The translations under genes were made by a program, and so were the position numbers. Under the pieces are notes generated by a model. That model searched no databases, had not been told where the DNA came from, and worked only from the letters and a program-made list of their open reading frames with translations. A DNA stretch of 64,000 nucleotides, from the NCBI GenBank assembly GCA_951406725.2, contig OX597822.1, forward strand, positions 46,686,001-46,750,000, given 5' to 3'. The stretch's first letter is position 1, and each line of letters begins with the position of its first letter. This document shows, piece by piece, positions 53,096 through 64,000 of the stretch. Source of the stretch: Octopus vulgaris. Taxonomy: Eukaryota.

Positions 53096-54827
53096 AAATT
53101 GTGCAGGTGAAAGGATCAAAATTTACCCTATATTGTGTAGTCAACAAAATCAAAAACAAAACAATGTGCTGCCTGACTGGCTCCCATGCTGGTGGCATGC
53201 AATAAGCACCTTTCATGTGTGGGTCGTTGCTAGTGCTGCCTGACTGGCTTCCTGTGCCGGTGGCATGTAAAAAGCACCATCCAAACGTGGTCGATGCCAG
53301 CCCCCTTGCCCCAACTGGCTCCCATGCTGGTGGCACCTAAAAAGCACGTGCTACACTCACGGAGTGGTTGGCATTAGGCAGAGCATCCAGCTGTAGAAGC
53401 CTTGCCAGATCAGATTAGAGTCTGGTGTTGGCTTGCCAGTCCCCAGTCAAACCGTCCACCCCATGCCAGCATGGAAAACTGATGTTAAACAATCATGATG
53501 ATGTACATGCACGAAATCATGCTGGTGGTTCCAAAAAAGCACCTGCTACACTCACGGAGTGGTTGGCGTTAGGTTATTTGTTTCCAGTGATCCATGAAAA
53601 TTATGTCTGGCCATGGAAAAATATTACCTTGCTTGGAATATAGTGCTAATAACTTGTTGTTAATAGTAACCTTACAAGAGACATTTACTGAGTTGAAGAT
53701 CTGTGGAGTGTCTCTAAAACCTATCCCATGTCATCAGTTTGTTCAGGAGGAACGTAGCAGAATTCCTCAACAACAGGCTAGACCAAATATTGTTCACTGA
53801 TCCATCATTCTTCTATAGAATATGCTTCTACGCTTGTAATCCCTTAAGACCACAGCCATGTTGACAATATCAGCTAGTCATTTAGAGTTTATGAACCACT
53901 AGTACAGGTTTCAATTTTGGCCCTCCTCAACCACACTTTCAACCTCTGTAGCAACTTGGTAAATTTTCTATGCCTTTGTGTGTGTGCATTTCTGTAAGCA
54001 AATGTGCATAGCTAATTAAAATAAGCCATAGTTATATCTGTATGTATCATCGTCTTTGTCATTTAACCCCTGTTTTCCATGCTGGCATGGGTTGGATGGT
54101 TTGACAGGAGCTGTTAAACTGGAGGGTTACACCAGGCCTCTATTTGTTTTGGCATGGTTTCTATTGCCGGGTGCCCTTCCTACCTCCAACCACTTTACAG
54201 AGTTTACATGGCACTGGCACGTGTGCTTTCTATATAGCACAGGCGTTTTCTTCATGATGCCAACACAGTTGCTTTTCTCGTGGCACCAGTACCCACAGGG
54301 TTGCCAAGTGGCTGTGTGTCAGGTGAGAGGCTGGATTACAGAAGGTCGGGGATACCTGTCTTGCATTCAACAGTTGCAAGATTGTGGTTTCTATTCCTGG
54401 GTTGGGCAGTGCATTGTGTTCATGAGCTCTGATGCACTCACTCGTAAATGTGTAATCCTGTGATGGACTAGCATCCCATCCAGGGGGAATGTTGCAAACC
54501 TGGTCATTTACCCACTTTCACCTGACCAAAGGCAGTAGTGTCCAGGTATGGATGATTACAATGATTCGCTAGAGTGATGATTCGACAGAACCTTTAAAGC
54601 TGTGGCCCTCAACCGTTGATTTCTGCTTTTCTCAGTTGGATCCTCATAATCAGTCAGTATTTAAAAAATCTTATTTTTATGCTTAAATATTATTATTGTC
54701 TCAAAGTATTCTGTGTATTGTAGAAATATAACCAATTTTTAGCATCAAAGCCTTATGTGAATGCCTCAACAGCCATATGAACCCTGGTTCATATGAATCA
54801 CTGATTTAAAGTGTAGGCCAAAATACT

Positions 54828-55068
54828 CTACAGTTCTATATTTAAGAGATGAGGAATTATGTACATTATTTACATATGGATAGCAGTTAAGAGCATGAGC
54901 TATTAACCCCAAGATTCTGAGTTCGATTCCAGGCAGTGACCTGAATAATAATAATAATAACATTGAAAAATACCTTAGGAATGAGAATCCAGGTTCGAAA
55001 TTTCCCCAAGCCACCTGATGAAGGCTGGAGAGTATATCAGCCGAAATGTGTTAACAACAAACAAGATT
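54828..55068 (+). mobile_element. tRNA-headed, hammerhead-bearing element with short inverted tail, TSD AAAATACT
   Basis: Inverted tail ~54830-54875, then tRNA-like head (...GAGTTCGATTCCAGG), (AAT)n, body and CUGAUGA-A-GGCUG...CAGCC-GAAA. TSD at 54820-54827 / 55069-55076. Confidence 0.8.
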
Positions 55069-55651
55069 AAAATACTTTACGGTGTGTGTTACCTCCTCTC
55101 CACTCTGAGATTAAATCTCACCAAGGTCAAAGTACCAGTCCAGAATGGTATATTGGTGGAATGGATGAGATACCTTGTATTCAATCCAGTTCTTGGGTAG
55201 TAAATTTAATCGCTCACCCAGTTTAACACCACCATCTGGTTATTGGGTGCCTGTTAGAAGCGTTTGGATCCGATCTCTCTGACTTTAGGATGACATTCTC
55301 CTACCAGTCTTATAGGACCTGAAAAAACAGAAAATAAAAAGGCTACCCTCTCTGAACCATAAGCATGGAAACAAAGTTTGCTTAAGAAGTGCAAACCCAC
55401 GTCCAAAAGTTTTTACAAACGAGATTGATTTTTATTCAATCTAAATATCAAAATGATGACAGGTATAATAATTATAATTATAATTATTGTTATATTTGGT
55501 TGGCCCAAGGCTATAACAGAAGACTCTTGCCCAAGGTGCCACACAGTGGGACTGAACCCAGAACCATGTGGTTGGGAAGCAAGCTCCTTACCACATGTAT
55601 ATGTACTTGACATCATTTGATGGTTGTAAATGAATGTCAGCAGAATTCTAG

Positions 55652-55963
55652 TTTATGCATGCCATATAACCCCTCATAACCTCTTTAATTTTTGGAATTT
55701 TCAGAAAATGATTGGTGCATCATTTAAGGCTTATTTAGCTGTTATTTTTAGCATATCTCACAACCACCTGATACCCTCCTCTTTTCTTTATCACTGACGT
55801 ATTGATGCTTTTCAATATCTTTCTCCCCATAAACACATTTAGTGGTCTATTTTGCTGGGATTTAAGCCAAAAATTCAGACTGTTTTAAACTGTGATTGAA
55901 AAAAACTTTTCTGAAAATTCCAAAAAATAAAACTGTTACAATGGGTTATATGGTGTGCTTAAA
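55652..55963. mobile_element. MITE with ~55-bp TIRs
   Basis: GCATGCCATATAACCC...TTTTGGAATTTTCAGAAAA versus TTTTCTGAAAATTCCAAAA...GGGTTATATGGTGTGC. Confidence 0.65.
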
Positions 55964-56533
55964 GCAGAATTCTACCTGAAAATCATTGTCATACAAGTGT
56001 TGATTGTTTCCAGTCATATGTGGAAAGCGTATCTGGCAATGGGAAAAGGATGGCAACAAGAGCATCTGCCTCATAAATTCTACCTGATCCATGCAAGCAT
56101 GGAAAAATGGACGCTAAATGATGCTGGTGTTGAATTCCTGTAGGGGAAGTGAGATTTTAAACTTACATCTTGGAGGAATTCAATTAACCCTTTAGCATTT
56201 AAACCGACCAATATACTCTCCCTGTTTTGTGTTCAAAGTGACCAGACTCTCACACTTGCCCTACAATATTATTCTAAAAATAAACACTCATGTCATTGAA
56301 ATTTCAAAGCTACGAGATAATTTATGTTTAATTCAAAACAACATGAATAAATAAGTATTATACTTGACAGAGTAATTTGAATGCCAATGGGTTAAGCTTT
56401 TTGTTGCCATATTTCTGTTGGAATACAGTGCCTTTGTTTCAGTTAGTTTTGAAAATAATGCAGATTTTAGTAAAATAATTTTGTCATGTGTGGAACATAG
56501 CATAAAATTTTGATGGAAGGTTTTAATTTACAT

Positions 56534-57164
56534 TATTTACATTGGACAGATATGTGTCCTCATCTTGTTGTTACCATAATGTTTCGCCTGATGTACTCTC
56601 CACCCTTTATCAGGTGTCCTGGTGGAATTTCAAGCCCAACCCTTTATTTGACTAATGGGAGTACTCTGTTCTCATTGCTAAGGTATTTTTTGCTGATGTT
56701 ATTATTAGGTCGAGGAAAAAGTTTGTGCATTGTGTTAAAATATTGCTTTTTTATATATTTTTGTGGTGTGTGTGTTCATTCAGTTCATTATTTTAACATG
56801 CTGCACAAACTTTTTCCTCAACCTATTATTATTTATTCAAGTCAATGACTGCAATTGAACGTGGAATCTTGAAGTTTGTAGCCCGTGCATATAGCGTAGT
56901 GGTTAAGAGTGCGGGCTACTAGCCTCAAAATTCTGAGTTCAATCCCAGTCAGTGACTTGAATAAATAATAACATCAGTAAAAAATATCTTAGGAATGAGA
57001 ACAGAGTATCCCATTAGTCAAAAAAAGGGTTGGGTTTGGAATTCCACCAGAACACCTGGAGAGTACATCAGCCGAAACGTTATGTTAACAACAAACAAGA
57101 TGAGGACACATATCCATCCATTGTAAATAATGTACGTAATTCCTCATCTCTAAAATATAGAACC
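56534..57164. mobile_element. Head-to-head palindrome of the tRNA-headed hammerhead element (subfamily with a longer body), 15-bp TSD GGTTTTAATTTACAT
   Basis: Left arm (-) and right arm (+) meet at ~56885. A box TAGCGTAGTGG at 56892-56902, B box GAGTTCAATCCC at 56935-56946. TSD at 56519-56533 / 57165-57179. Confidence 0.8.
56705..56826. mobile_element. ~120-bp mariner-type MITE nested in the (AAT)n spacer of the palindromic element
   Basis: TAGGTCGAGGAAAAAGTTTGTGCA / TGCACAAACTTTTTCCTCAACCTA TIRs in a TA context. Confidence 0.7.
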
Positions 57165-57239
57165 GGTTTTAATTTACATCATTTTAAAACAAAAACGTTT
57201 GTATCAAAGAACCATGGGCAGTCTCAGATAGACACATAA

Positions 57240-58970
57240 TAATTTTTTCTACTATAAGCACAAGGCCTGATATTTTGGGGGAGGGGACTAGTCATTTACT
57301 TCAACCCTAGTGCTCCACTGGTATTTATTTGATTGACCCCAAAAGTGATAAAAGGCAAAGTCAACCTCCACAGAATTTGAACTCAGAACATAGCAACAGG
57401 CGAATACCGCTAAGCATTTCATCCAGTATGCTAACAATTCTGCCAGCTCACTGCTTAAATAATAATAATAATAATTCTTTCTAATTTTAGTACAAGGCCA
57501 GCAATTTTAAAGGGAATGAGGCATATAAATTACATGGACCCCAGTACTTGACTGGTACTTTAGTGGCCCCAAAAGGATAATTGGCAAGATCTGAGCTAAG
57601 CTTGTTGCTTAATAATTCTTTCTAATTTTGGAACAAGGCCAGCAATTTTGGGAGGCAGGGTGGTAAGTCAACTACATCCCACCCCACCAAAGTACTTCAC
57701 TGTTTCTGTTTCATCATCCCCAAAGGATGAAAGCAAAGTCAGTGTCGGAATTTGAACTCAGTGTGCCACGAAGTATTTTGCCCAGCATTCTAACAATTCT
57801 ACCAACTCACCCCTTTAAGAATGATTCTGAATTGTGGCACAAGGCCAGCAATTTCGGAGGAGGGACTAAGTTAGTTGCATGAACCCCTGTGTTCAACTGG
57901 TACTTAATTTATTGACCCTGGAGGGCGAAGTCAACCATGGTGGCATTTGAACTCAGAGTGTAAAGTTAGAAGAAATGCCTCTAAGCATTTTGTCTGGCAC
58001 GGTAACGCTTCTGCCAGCTCACTCATTAAAATAATAATATTGATAATAATAATAATAATCCTTTCTACTATAGACACAAGGTTTGAAATTTTGCAGGAGG
58101 GGACTAGTTGACTACATCAACTCCAGTGTTTCATTGGTTCTTAGTTTATTGACCCCAATGGATGAAAGGCAAATATGACCTTGGTGGCATTTGAACCCAG
58201 AACATAAAGGCAGATAAAATGCTGCTAAGCATTTTGCCTGGCATGGTAACGATTCTGCCAGCTCACTGCCTTATTAATAATAATAATCCTTTCTACTATA
58301 GGCACAAGGCCTGAAATTTTGGGGGAGGGGAATTGTCAATTACATCGACCCTGGTATGCATCTGGTATTTAATTTATCGATCCTGAAAGGATGAAAGGCA
58401 AATTCGATCTCAGCAATATTTGAACTCAGAACGTAAAGTCAGACGAAATGCCACTAAGCCTTTAGCCCTGTGTGCTAACAACTCTGCCAGCTCGCCATTT
58501 CAATAATAATAATAATAATGGTTTTTAATTCAGGCATACGGTTAGCATTTTTGAGGGGAGGGGAGGGGTTAGTTGAAACCCTAATACTGAACTGGTACTT
58601 TGTTATTGACCTAAAATGAATGAAAGGCAATGTTGACCGTGCCAGAATTTGAACCTAGAACACAGGAAATACCACAAGGCATTTATTGTGTCAAATGCTC
58701 TAATGATTCTGTCAATCAACTAAAGGCACAAGGCCTGAAATTTGAGGGGTGGGGACCAGTCGATTATATCAACCCCAGTGCATAATTGTTTCAAATTTCG
58801 GCACAAGGCCAGCAAGTTTATGGGAGGGGTTAAGGTGATTACATTGACCCTTCCCCCCCAGTGCACAAGGGTACTTATTTTGCCAACCTCAGCAGAATTT
58901 GAACTCAGAATGTGAAGATGGCCTAAGCTCTTTGTCTGGCCTGCTAATTATTCTGCTAGCTCTCTGCCTT
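57240..58970 (-). repeat. Head-to-tail array of about 8-9 full or partial copies of the (ATT)-tailed tRNA SINE
   Basis: Recurrent GGCACAAGGCC...AAAGGATGAAAGGCAAA...TTTGAACTCAG...TTCTGCCAGCTC units, many separated by (AAT)n. Confidence 0.8.
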
Positions 58971-59443
58971 CAAGCATCTTTAACCCTTTCGTTACTGTAT
59001 TTATTTTGAGATGCTCTGTGTTTCTTTCAATTACTTTAAATATAACAAAGAATTTAATAAAATAATTTAGTTATCATTCAGCTAGTGTTAGGAACATAAA
59101 TTGTGAATAAGCTTTGATTGAAGATTTTAATTCAAAACTTATGAAAACAAGACATTTGTACTCAGACCCAGAGCCGGTTTCAGCTGGGTTGGTAAGGAAA
59201 GGGTTATTAATAATAATAATAATAATAATAATTTAAGATTTTGTACAAGGCCAATACTTTTCTGGTACTTTGGTATTTTATCAACTCCAAAGGATGGAAG
59301 GCAATTTGACCTCATCAAGATTTGAAAACAAAACATAAAGAGCTAGTACAAAGCATTTTTTTCTAATACTTTAATGATCCAGCCAATCCGTCATCTTTAT
59401 TGATACTGGTGGTGATGTTAATAATAATAATAATAATAATAAT

Positions 59444-60500
59444 GATTTCTTTATTAACCATTAAGTGTTTACAAGCAGATCAGGGATGGTACAGAGCAAT
59501 AAACTATATGTGGGCTTACATAATGGCATGGAAATAGTAAAATAACAACAAAAAAACCTAAAACTATCAAAAAGAAGAGGTGACTTCTAGGGGCTGCTTT
59601 AGTGGTCATTCTGACTACTGGAGTAAGTACCCACTCCTCATCCTCCATCAGTCAATAGATTCATGCTTAGACCAGGCCTGTTTGCTTGAACCATCCATGT
59701 CACATTACTCCACTTTTCAATGAAATTGCTAGAAGGTAACACTTCCCTTTCTACCCTCACTTTCCTTTTTAAGTGATGCTTGAAAAATTGATATAGGCTT
59801 GGCCAATGAAAAAAGTGTCTGTCATCAGCTCTTTCAATCTGGTCCACAACACAACCTCTTTTGCTAAGGCTACCAAACAGATAAACACTCTGTTTGTCCC
59901 TGTCAAAGGTAGGTGGCTAGACGAAATGATAATTTCCATAAAAGGCATGTCACAAGTTTATTGGTTGCATCAAGTCATCTGGTGCTTATTTCATCAACCT
60001 CAGAAAGCTGACAAGCAAATCACCTCTGGCAAGAGTTGGTCCCAGAAATGTAAGTCGATGAAATGGCTACACCAGAGCACTTGATTAACACCTGTCGCAT
60101 TGTAATTAAGTGAAGTAGATCGGAAGTGCTAATATTGCCATGTAACCTGGTGACTGAATCATGGTCATAGTCGCATCACTGTGGTAATCTGCTTGGCTTT
60201 TTTTAAGTAGCACAATGCTAGTGATGGAGATGAACTGTAAAGCTTTCATACATCATATCAGAACCCACTCGCAATTGCTGCTTTCCTCTAAGCAGATTTA
60301 ACAGAAAGACCAACCCAAATTGCCTGTTTAACTCTTCTTAAAACTGTTATCCCAAAGAGGTCATTAAATACAAAAGGAATGTATAGGTGATCCCTACTAA
60401 TCTGTTACCCCTACTGCAGTCTTCAGTACTTAACACTATCTTCTATTCTCTGGACCTTACTAACAGTTACAATTTCAGCCTCTCAGATCCTCTGTTAGCC
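59444..60500 (-). mobile_element. Decayed 3' part of an L1/Tx1-like LINE ending in AATAAAGAAATC-(ATT)n
   Basis: Minus-strand frames read FICLVALAKEVVLWTRLK and FFKHHLKRKVRVEREVL...FIEKW, resembling the C-terminus of Tx1-clade ORF2. 5' boundary uncertain. Confidence 0.5.
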
Positions 60501-63249
60501 CTTGTTTTCTACCCTTTTCCTTCAGAACTACTTTTGTCTGGAAAATCTTCATTGTAATTGTTGTTCATGTTTCCTCAAGGTTTTCTATACCATTTCTTTC
60601 ACATGAAACAAAGGGTGCTTTATCAGTGCTACATTGTGTGCAAGAGGTGAAAACCATTCAGTTGGTCCAGGTAGTAGAGGCATAACATAGTAGCAAAGCT
60701 GCAATTGAATTTTTGACAGATCAAGACTTGGTCCCAAGCAAATACATACAGCTTTCCAGTTGCACTTTGCTCAACTGTTTAGGGTAAGTGCTAGATCAGA
60801 GGTGAAAATAGACTTTAGTGCATACCTTTGACTCTCTAATGTGGCTCCAAGTACGAAAAGTGGAGTGCTACAATAAAACCTAATAAAATACCAGGGTTGA
60901 TATAACTGACTAGCCCCTCTCCTAAAAATCACTGACCTTGTACCTAAATTAAAAATTATTATTTTTATTATTATTAAATGCTGCTGAGGTCTACTCTATC
61001 TTTCATCCTTTCAGGGTCGATAAAATAAGTACCAGTTGAAGACTGGAGTTGATATAATCGATTTATCCCTGAACTTGCAGGCCTTTTGCCAAAATTTGAA
61101 GTCGTTATTATTAGTAGTAGTAAGGTGGCAAGCTGGCAGAATTGATGCACGCATGGCAAAATACTTGGCAGTATTTTGTCTGTCTTTACATTCTGTGTTC
61201 AAATTCCACTGAGGTCAACTTTGCCTTTCATCCTTTCAAGGTTGATGAAATAAGTACCAGTTATACACTGAGGGAGGTCAATGTAATCGACTAGTCCCCT
61301 CCCCAAAATTTCAAGCCTTGTGCCTATTGTATAAAGGAATATTATTATTATTTTTAGTAGTAGTAGTATAGCAATGGTTGTGAGTTAGCAGAATTGTTAG
61401 GGTGTCAAAACAATGCTTTCTTGTATTCATTCTGAGTTCAACTCCCTTGATTATCTGTGTCTTTTGCTCTTTCGAGGTTAATAAGATAAAGTATCACTCA
61501 AGTTCTGAGATCAATGGTATCACCCCCCCCCCCTATCCGTCCACCACCTCTCAAAATAGCTGCTGGCTTTGTGTCTGAACTAGAAACCTGAAAAGGAAGC
61601 TTTGTATTTGTGCTGGTTGCTCTTGACTGTCTGAGTTAGAAACCCACTGGGGCCAACTTTACCTTTCGTTCTTCCAGGATTGATAAAATTAGGCCTAGTT
61701 CGAATTAAGTAGTAGGGTCAACATAATCGACCATTCCCCACTCCTCACCCAAATTTCTAGCCTTTTTACAACCTGTGAGAAATTATTATTGGAATATTCT
61801 TTGGCACAAGCATGGCTGTTTGGGTTGACAAGTTTGCTTCCCAACTACATGGATTCAAGTTTAGTCCCACTGTGTGTTAACTTAGGTAAGTCTTTGCTTA
61901 TTGCTATGAGCTGACCAATACCTTGTGAGTGGATTTCGTAGAAAAAGCTAAAAGAAGCCTGTTGTGTGTGTATAGGTGTGACTGTAGTAAGAAGCTTGCT
62001 TCCCAGCCACGCAGTTCAAGGTTCAGTCCCACTGTGTGGCACCTTGGGCAGTTGTCTTCTATAAAGCTTCAGGTTGACCAAAGCCTTGTAAGTGGTTTTG
62101 GTAGATGGAAACTGAAAGAAGCCTGTCATATGTGTGTGTGTGTCTGCATTTGTACCACCACCACCATCACTTCTTGACAACTGGTGTTGGTGTGTTTATG
62201 TCCCCGTGACTTAGTTCAGCAAAAGAGACCGCTAGAATAACTACTAGGCTTAAGAAATAAGTCCAGGGGTCAATGTGGTGCTCCAGCATGGCCACAGTCA
62301 AATGACTGAAACAAGTGAAAAACTATATATTTGTGAGTGTGTGTATATTTGTGTCTCCTTGTCTTAATATTACATGGTTGTTGTAAATGAATGCCATTCA
62401 TTTTCAATATTCTGTGTGGAAATTGTCTGGCCATAGGGAAAGTATTCCTTGCTTAGAAATAGATAATGGTTGATGACAGGAAAGGCATCCAGCCATAGAA
62501 AACTTGCCTTGGTAAACTCTCCTCTGATTCCTGAAAGAATGGGAAAATAGATGTTAAAATGATGGAAGAAGTAATTGAGCACCAGACTAAATGCACCACT
62601 GTGAGTTCAAATCCCACCGAGATCTAGTCTTTTATTCTTTTACTTGTCTCAGTCATTTGACTATAACCATATTGAGCAAATCGACCCCAGGACTTATTCT
62701 TTGTAAGCCTAGTACTTATTCTATCAGTCTCTTTTACTGAACTAAGTTACAGGGATGTAAACACACCAGCATCAGTTGTCATGCGATGGTGGAGGAACAA
62801 ACACATACAAACATACGCACACACACACATATGCAACAGACTTCTTTCAGTTTCCGTCTGCTAAATCCACTCACAAGGCTTTGGTCGGCCTCAGGCTATA
62901 GCAGAAGACACTTGCCGAAGATACTACACCATGGGACTGAACCCAGAACCATGTGGTTGGTAAGCTAGCTTCTTACCACACAGCCTCTCCATAACCTGTT
63001 GACTGTCCATTCATAGTTTCCCCTCCATCTTCTTTTATCCACTCTGGCTCATTCTGTCGTGCTCCTTTTTAGTATTTTCCCTTTCTGTTTACATTTGTCT
63101 TCCTGTCTCCCTCTCTTCTTTGCCTGGTTCTCTCTTCTCTGCATAATATCTCTCTCTCCCCCTTTTGCTCTGTCAATTTAATCAACTGTGCCCATCTCAC
63201 AAAGTATGTCGCTTTGTGCCAATGCTAGAAACCATTATTATTATTATCA

Positions 63250-63676
63250 TTGCCTTTGCACAGCTTCTAATGCTGGAGATGTACTACGGTGTCAGCTGTT
63301 CACTACCAGTGAACTAAGGTAACACCTCTTATTTTTTGAGCACCTTCTGGAGTATTCAAGCAGTTCTAAGCAGTGCTGTTTTCAGCAAGTGCTCCACCCT
63401 TATTGCAGCCCCTATTTGTTCCGCGTACTTTTTGAGATTTTTGCTCACTGTTCTTAGGGCTCTGACAATTATTGGTACTACTGCTAGCTTTTTCATCGAC
63501 CACAACTGCTTAACCTCCCAAGCTAACCTGTCATAGCTATCGACTTTTCTTTCTTCCTTATCGCATGCCTTGTCAGCTGGGCATGCTATATCTATGATCC
63601 AGCATAGTTTGTTTTCTTTCTCAATTAAATGTCTGGCTTCCTATTCTCAATCTCATGGTCGCACTGAATCATAAAA

Positions 63677-63678
<2 letters not shown>
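63250..63678 (-). mobile_element. 5'-truncated R4/Dong-like non-LTR element (restriction-like endonuclease domain) inserted in (TAA)n
   Basis: Minus strand DFMIQCDHEIENRKPDI..EKENKLCWIIDIACPAD...KEERKVDSYDRLAWEVKQLW...VVPIIV shows PD..D RLE motifs. TAA repeats on both sides. Confidence 0.8.
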
Positions 63679-63719
<41 letters not shown>

Positions 63720-64000
63720 AATTATTATTTACGAATTTGTTTCTTCTTCTGTGTAATGAATTATTTGAAGCATGCTGTTTCCAGTTGGATGGCCATCCTT
63801 TCTTTGACTTGCCTATCATAAAATAACAGTATTACCTGCACTACTTTATATTTACACTGATAATCATTTTTTTTTTCTGCCAAGCATCACATTCTATAGG
63901 AAGTATCTCTTCTGGTGACCATGCCCTCCACTGATAACTTTTGCTATTATAATTGTGTGTTTAGCGAGTTCAGTTCAAGGATGTTAGGACATGCATTGTG

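Noticed and set aside
56886-56960. Functional tRNA gene
   Set aside because: A and B boxes are present but there is no acceptor stem or terminator. The same head recurs attached to the repeat body, so it is a SINE-type head.

Overview
AT-rich, repeat-dense metazoan genomic DNA. The SINE/LINE families and microsatellite style suggest an octopus; this is an inference, no search was run. The only host gene I can support is the 3' part of a CDK12/13-family kinase on the + strand. It has 8 coding exons (6001-28102) with GT-AG introns whose phases join into one 997-codon open frame; the N-terminal RS-domain exons lie upstream of the window. A long, U/A-rich, TE-poor stretch follows that may be a very long 3' UTR. 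Almost all other ORFs in the track are spurious translations of repeats. The remaining sequence holds tRNA-derived SINEs, fragments of RTE, Tx1/L1-like and R4/Dong-like LINEs, a decayed DD37D (maT) transposon, MITEs and a long-TIR non-autonomous DNA transposon. The most unusual signals are: (i) a family of tRNA-headed, hammerhead-ribozyme-bearing elements that always insert as tail-out palindromes with TSDs (4 copies), plus three further unrelated hammerhead-bearing Penelope-type repeats; (ii) a U2 snRNA 5' fragment inserted into one of these; (iii) two apparently perfect local templated copies (155 bp inverted with a 29-bp flanking duplication; 177 bp direct); (iv) a 167-bp target-site duplication around an RTE LINE; (v) a pre-miRNA-like hairpin; (vi) an HTH-like island in the disordered CDK12 tail. 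Coordinates were counted by hand and repeat boundaries are approximate.
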